Source of the DNA: Candidatus Undinarchaeota archaeon
Lineage (GTDB): Archaea; Undinarchaeota; Undinarchaeia; Undinarchaeales; UBA543
DNA length: 18,919 bases
Assembly: GCA_964567575.1 (NCBI GenBank)
Contig: CAZMMZ010000004.1
Span: forward strand, 4,071 to 22,989
Direction of reading: 5' to 3'
How positions within the stretch are numbered: the stretch's first letter is position 1; each line of letters opens with the position of its first letter. A model generated the notes under the pieces. It did no database searches. It saw nothing but the letters and a program-made list of their open reading frames with translations, and was not told where the DNA came from. Of this stretch, positions 15,099 through 18,919 are shown piece by piece. The position numbers and the translations under genes were made by a program.

Positions 15099-15138
15099 CC
15101 CACCAATGATAAGTTGTTTTGATTAATATGTTTTTAGA

Positions 15139-15606
15139 TTAATTAAAAAGCATAACAAAATACCATCCGAATTTCAAATAAAGAAACCAGCTGAATAAAG
15201 TAGAAATTAATGCGAATTTAATTAAATGAATTATATTATGACCAATTATAAACATAATTAAATTTGACGCAAAATTATACGAAAGTGTAAGAATGACTGC
15301 GACTTTTACAAAAGTAATAGCATTAACTGGAAACATTAATGTTGAAAAACACAAACCAATAACACAAACTATCATTATCGCTAGATAATGAATTGCATAT
15401 GGAAATAGAATAAAAGATAATATCAAAATAAGTGAGGACACAATAATTCCAACAATAGGAGAAATTGCATAACTCAACATAACAGCAAGAGGAAGCCAAA
15501 CTTCAAGACCATGCGCTCCAGACCTTCTTGCCCAGAAGGATAAAAGTCCCCCACCAACAACAAAAGATGCTAGCAAGAATATTGTTGAGAATAAACCTAA
15601 AGCCAT
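15139..15606 (-). CDS. Small polytopic membrane protein (about 5 TM), possibly ECF S-component-like
   Basis: Hydrophobic throughout. Starts 1 nt after the glyS stop (TAA-A-ATG). The S-component resemblance is weak (LSYAISPIVGIIVS segment). Confidence 0.75.
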   Translation of the reverse strand: MALGLFSTIFLLASFVVGGGLLSFWARRSGAHGLEVWLPLAVMLSYAISPIVGIIVSSLILILSFILFPYAIHYLAIMIVCVIGLCFSTLMFPVNAITFVKVAVILTLSYNFASNLIMFIIGHNIIHLIKFALISTLFSWFLYLKFGWYFVMLFN

Positions 15607-15607
15607 T

Positions 15608-17077
15608 TTATTTTAACAGTTTAACCAAATCTTTTATTTTAACACGCTTTTGTTTGGTTGTGTCACGTTCTCGTAAAGTTACTGTATTATCTTTTTGAGA
15701 ATCAAAATCAACAGTAATGCAGTACGGGATTCCGATTTCATCAGATCGCGCATATCTGCGTCCTATTGATCCTTTTGTATCAAGTTGTGCAAGAATATTA
15801 TTTTCAATAAGCTCATTAAAAACTTTATCAGCAATTCCTGGAAGTTTTTCTTTATTTACAAGTGGGAATACAGCAGCTCTTACTGGAGAAATCTTTTTGT
15901 CAAAAGCAAAGTATGTTCGTTTTTCTTCTTCTCTGAAAGAATGCTCAACAACGCAATAAAATGGTCTGTCAATTCCGAATGATGCTTCAATAACATGCGG
16001 AGTGAATTTTCCTCCACCTTCATATACTGCACTCAGATCTTGTTTTGAAAGAGCAGAATGACCACCAAGATCATAATCAGTTCGATTAGCAATTGCAGCA
16101 ACTTCAATCCATCCGAAATCTTCGCTCTTGATTTCAATATCCCAAGTACCACTTGAATAATGCGCTCGCTCATCTTTTAATTGCTCTCTGCAACGAATTG
16201 CTGAACGAGGAATTCCAAGATTTTCAAAAAACTTTTCTGAAATAGCTAGATAGTATGCGTGAATTTCAGATCCAATTACTCCTTTCTTAACTGCATCGCC
16301 AACATTCATTTCAAGAACTTCATAACGATCTTGTTCTTGATAATCAGCAGACAAGAACGGCATTGTATCATTTTTAACTGCTTTGAAATTTGGATGTGAG
16401 GTATCTTTTGGATCAAAGAAAATTTCAGCTTCGGCTTGTGAAAATTCTCGCAAGCGAATCATTCCTTGACGCGGACTGATTTCATTACGATATGCTTTTC
16501 CAATTTGACACGCACCAAAAGGAAGTCTCTTTCTAGCAACTTGGTATAAGCGCTGGAAAGATACAAAAGCACCTTGCGCAGTTTCAGGACGGAGATAAAT
16601 ATTCCGCTTTACTTTTCCAGCTCCAGTCTGAGTTTTAAACATAAGATTGAAAGTCCATGCATCTCCAAGTTTCTGTTTGCATTTCTTGCATTGAAGTTTG
16701 TTATCTTTAATTAGCTTGTTTAATTCTTTCAAACCCATACCATCAGTTTCAACTTCAAGAGAGTTTTTTACAACATGATCCGCACGATATGTTTCTCCGC
16801 ATTTTGCACATTCAACAAGAGGATCTGTGAAATGATCCAAATGACCAGATGCAGTAAAAACATCTTCACCCATTAATGTAGGAGTTTCAATTTCAAACAT
16901 TCCTTCTTTGATAATGAAAAGTTTTCGCCATTCTTCTTCAATATTTCTCTTAAGACGCGCACCAACTGGACCATAATCAAAAAACCCAGCTAAACCATTA
17001 TAAATCTCCGAGCTAGGCCACATTAATCCGCGCTGTAGCGCGATTCGCATAATCCTGTCACACTTTCGTTCAGTCAT
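15608..17077 (-). CDS. glyS: Glycyl-tRNA synthetase (alpha2, archaeal/eukaryal type)
   Basis: YLRPETAQG, YRNEISPRQG..RLREFSQAE, GWIEV, PHVIEASFGIDR, two CxxC pairs, and a C-terminal anticodon-binding domain (GSIGRRYARSDEIG). Confidence 0.97.
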   Translation of the reverse strand: MTERKCDRIMRIALQRGLMWPSSEIYNGLAGFFDYGPVGARLKRNIEEEWRKLFIIKEGMFEIETPTLMGEDVFTASGHLDHFTDPLVECAKCGETYRADHVVKNSLEVETDGMGLKELNKLIKDNKLQCKKCKQKLGDAWTFNLMFKTQTGAGKVKRNIYLRPETAQGAFVSFQRLYQVARKRLPFGACQIGKAYRNEISPRQGMIRLREFSQAEAEIFFDPKDTSHPNFKAVKNDTMPFLSADYQEQDRYEVLEMNVGDAVKKGVIGSEIHAYYLAISEKFFENLGIPRSAIRCREQLKDERAHYSSGTWDIEIKSEDFGWIEVAAIANRTDYDLGGHSALSKQDLSAVYEGGGKFTPHVIEASFGIDRPFYCVVEHSFREEEKRTYFAFDKKISPVRAAVFPLVNKEKLPGIADKVFNELIENNILAQLDTKGSIGRRYARSDEIGIPYCITVDFDSQKDNTVTLRERDTTKQKRVKIKDLVKLLK

Positions 17078-17127
17078 GATTTAGCATAAGGGTTAAGGGT
17101 TTATAAGATTTACAGAAGAGTGATAAA

Positions 17128-18057
17128 TTATTTTGATCTAGATTTCTTCTTGTCTTCACCCAAGAATTTCAATTGCAAGTCACGCAAGTCAACACGTCCA
17201 CCTTTCTCGAATTCTGCAAAGGCTTCAGCACTGCGCTCTTTAGCGCTTTTCTTTGACTCTTCAAGATTCTGGTCTTCCCATTCTTCTCGAGTATCATTTA
17301 TAGAATCTCTTATTTCATTAAAGCGTTTCAAATCAACTTCATGATCTACTTCAAGCTTTTTGATTTTGTCAATAGCTTCAACAACTTCATTGTGTTTTGC
17401 ATCAGCTTTCTCACGAGCTTGCTTGAGGTTTTCATAAAAACCAATAAGTTTCTGATGAACTTCTTCAGATTGTTTGGAAAATTCAATAACATTAGAGTGG
17501 AAATCGCGTGCGTTCTTATCTTGCTTAACAACACTTAATCGAGCATTATCAAATTTCTCAAGTTTTTTAAGTTTCTTTTCAAGTTCACTGAGAACTTTTG
17601 ATCGTTTTTTCTCTTCAGCAAATGAGAATCCTTTTGTTTCAATTTCCCATCGCATATCTTTCACTTGCTTTCGTAATTTTTGAAGTTCAAATGAACCTTT
17701 TTTTGCAGGAGCATCACCGAATTCACTTCGAAAGACTTTTCGAAGTGAAGAAGCCTGATTATTTATGTCATCTCTCTTCGCTTTTTCATCTCTGACTTTT
17801 TTATTAAGTTCATCACGTTCAGTCTTGACCTTTCGAACTTCATCACTCAATGCCTTAACTTTGTCATTAAGAACATCACGGTCTTTTCGAATACTTGTTA
17901 ATACTGCTGCCTGCTCACGAATAGGCGCAATTCTTTCATAAATAGCTTGTTTTTCCTTTTCGAGTTTGTTGACAGGAGTGTCTGCAGTTACTTTACCCTT
18001 TACAACAAATTCTTTTTTTTCTTCTCTGGGTTTCTTCCCTTTTTTCGTCTCTTTCAT
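17128..18057 (-). CDS. Archaeal coiled-coil protein (COG1340-like)
   Basis: K/E/R-rich heptad pattern over about 250 aa, MRWEIETKGFSFAEEK and C-terminal FEKGGRVDLRDL segments. Starts 1 nt after the trpS stop (TGA-A-ATG). Confidence 0.8.
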   Translation of the reverse strand: MKETKKGKKPREEKKEFVVKGKVTADTPVNKLEKEKQAIYERIAPIREQAAVLTSIRKDRDVLNDKVKALSDEVRKVKTERDELNKKVRDEKAKRDDINNQASSLRKVFRSEFGDAPAKKGSFELQKLRKQVKDMRWEIETKGFSFAEEKKRSKVLSELEKKLKKLEKFDNARLSVVKQDKNARDFHSNVIEFSKQSEEVHQKLIGFYENLKQAREKADAKHNEVVEAIDKIKKLEVDHEVDLKRFNEIRDSINDTREEWEDQNLEESKKSAKERSAEAFAEFEKGGRVDLRDLQLKFLGEDKKKSRSK

Positions 18058-18058
18058 T

Positions 18059-18919
18059 TCAATCGCGAATTAAGAACTCTTTGATTTTCTTTTTCGCTTT
18101 CTCCCTATTTTCTTGATGTTTCTTTAGAAACTTGTTAACATAATTTACCAAATCGCCTTTACAGTTCCCACATAATAGCTTTCCGGCTTTACATTTCTTA
18201 TATCTGTCCTTTAAATCTTTATCGCTTTGCTCGAATAAGTAATAATGATACTGATAAACAGTGCAAATATCGGGATTTCCACCTTGCTTTTTTTGTTTTT
18301 CAACTGTGTCACACCCACCTGTAAATGTTTTTCCAACTTTTGTTTGCACAGCTTTGGCATCATCTGTTGTAAAAATACAAGTTTCGGGGTGAGACGCACT
18401 CATTTTGCTATCTTTTGCACCTAATCCTGGAAGGAATTTAGTATGTATTGCACATGGTTTAGGGTATCCAAGCTTTGGAGCAACATCTCGGGTAACTCTG
18501 AAATGCGGATCTTGATCAATTGCATGAGGAATTAAACAGAATGTGTTAGTTTTCTCTCGAATACTAGGCAAAAACGCTGGAACTGATTGCATGCAAGTGT
18601 AAAAGATTTCTCCCAAATTGTTTTCGTTTTTGAAACCGAATACTGCTTTTGCTGTTGAGAAAGTAATATGCTTTCCAACTTTCATTGCTTCCTTGTACAT
18701 TGTTTTAGAATATTCAGTATCTAAGAAAATGTCAGTAATTTTAGGATCAAACCCACACGCAATTATATCGAGAATATTATCCATTGCCCATTTGTGAGTG
18801 TCTTCAAGTGAAAGACCATCTTTGAAAACAAACTTTTCCTCATCAGGAATTTGGAACAATAGTGGTGCTTTGAAAGCATCCTGCAAATATTTTGTAAACA
18901 TCCATGGAATAAGATGACC
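18059..18919 (-). CDS. trpS: Tryptophanyl-tRNA synthetase (archaeal/eukaryal type), 5' part outside the window
   Basis: The frame is open to the window edge (GHLIPWMF, the tail of HxGH). IPHAIDQDPHFR and KMSAS (KMSKS-like) motifs. Confidence 0.96.
   Translation of the reverse strand, partial: GHLIPWMFTKYLQDAFKAPLLFQIPDEEKFVFKDGLSLEDTHKWAMDNILDIIACGFDPKITDIFLDTEYSKTMYKEAMKVGKHITFSTAKAVFGFKNENNLGEIFYTCMQSVPAFLPSIREKTNTFCLIPHAIDQDPHFRVTRDVAPKLGYPKPCAIHTKFLPGLGAKDSKMSASHPETCIFTTDDAKAVQTKVGKTFTGGCDTVEKQKKQGGNPDICTVYQYHYYLFEQSDKDLKDRYKKCKAGKLLCGNCKGDLVNYVNKFLKKHQENREKAKKKIKEFLIRD

Noticed and set aside
17087-17100. Tandem TAAGGGT TAAGGGT, telomere-like, upstream of glyS
   Set aside because: Only two copies of a 7-mer within a promoter region. 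It could be an operator, but there is no supporting evidence.
17128-18057. Enzymatic (phosphoserine phosphatase) or SMC-like assignment for the coiled-coil protein
   Set aside because: No HAD DxDxT motif and no Walker motifs. The sequence is coiled-coil throughout.
7835-18399. Remaining opposite-strand or alternate-frame track ORFs (e.g. 7835..8107, 8660..8986, 9424..9672, 10537..10902, 14379..14705, 15717..15959, 17120..17795, 18211..18399)
   Set aside because: They are fully nested in well-supported genes, lack motifs, and are typical codon-bias shadows.
1-18919. CRISPR array, integrase, transposase, rRNA or tRNA introns
   Set aside because: No regularly spaced repeats or recognisable motifs were seen, and all three complete tRNAs are 74 nt with no intron.

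Overview
AT-rich, very compact archaeal chromosomal segment. The archaeal-type PheRS, GlyRS, TrpRS and MinD, TATA-box promoters and apparently leaderless mRNAs support an archaeal origin; a DPANN-like lineage is only an inference. The right half is a translation/housekeeping block on the minus strand: trpS (5'-truncated by the window), an archaeal coiled-coil protein, glyS, a small membrane protein, a DUF4145/HEPN protein, pheS-pheT, plus minD on the plus strand. The left half mixes conserved genes (PurE-like protein, Wzy-like operon, DEAD-box helicase, NhaP-type antiporter, ATP-cone/Mrr-like nuclease) with accessory genes beside three tRNAs (Gly-GCC, Val-GAC, Phe-GAA). The most notable observations are: (1) a GC-rich hairpin plus pseudoknot element upstream of a divergent PurE; (2) a degenerate duplication of the tRNA-Gly 3' end enclosing a 244-bp one-gene cassette; (3) a secreted protein with a defensin/scorpion-toxin-like cysteine pattern next to a beta-lactamase-family serine hydrolase; (4) two disrupted genes flanking tRNA-Val that the ORF track splits, one of them NlpC/P60-like. 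No CRISPR array, integrase or transposase was seen. All family assignments come from motif recognition by eye, not database searches.
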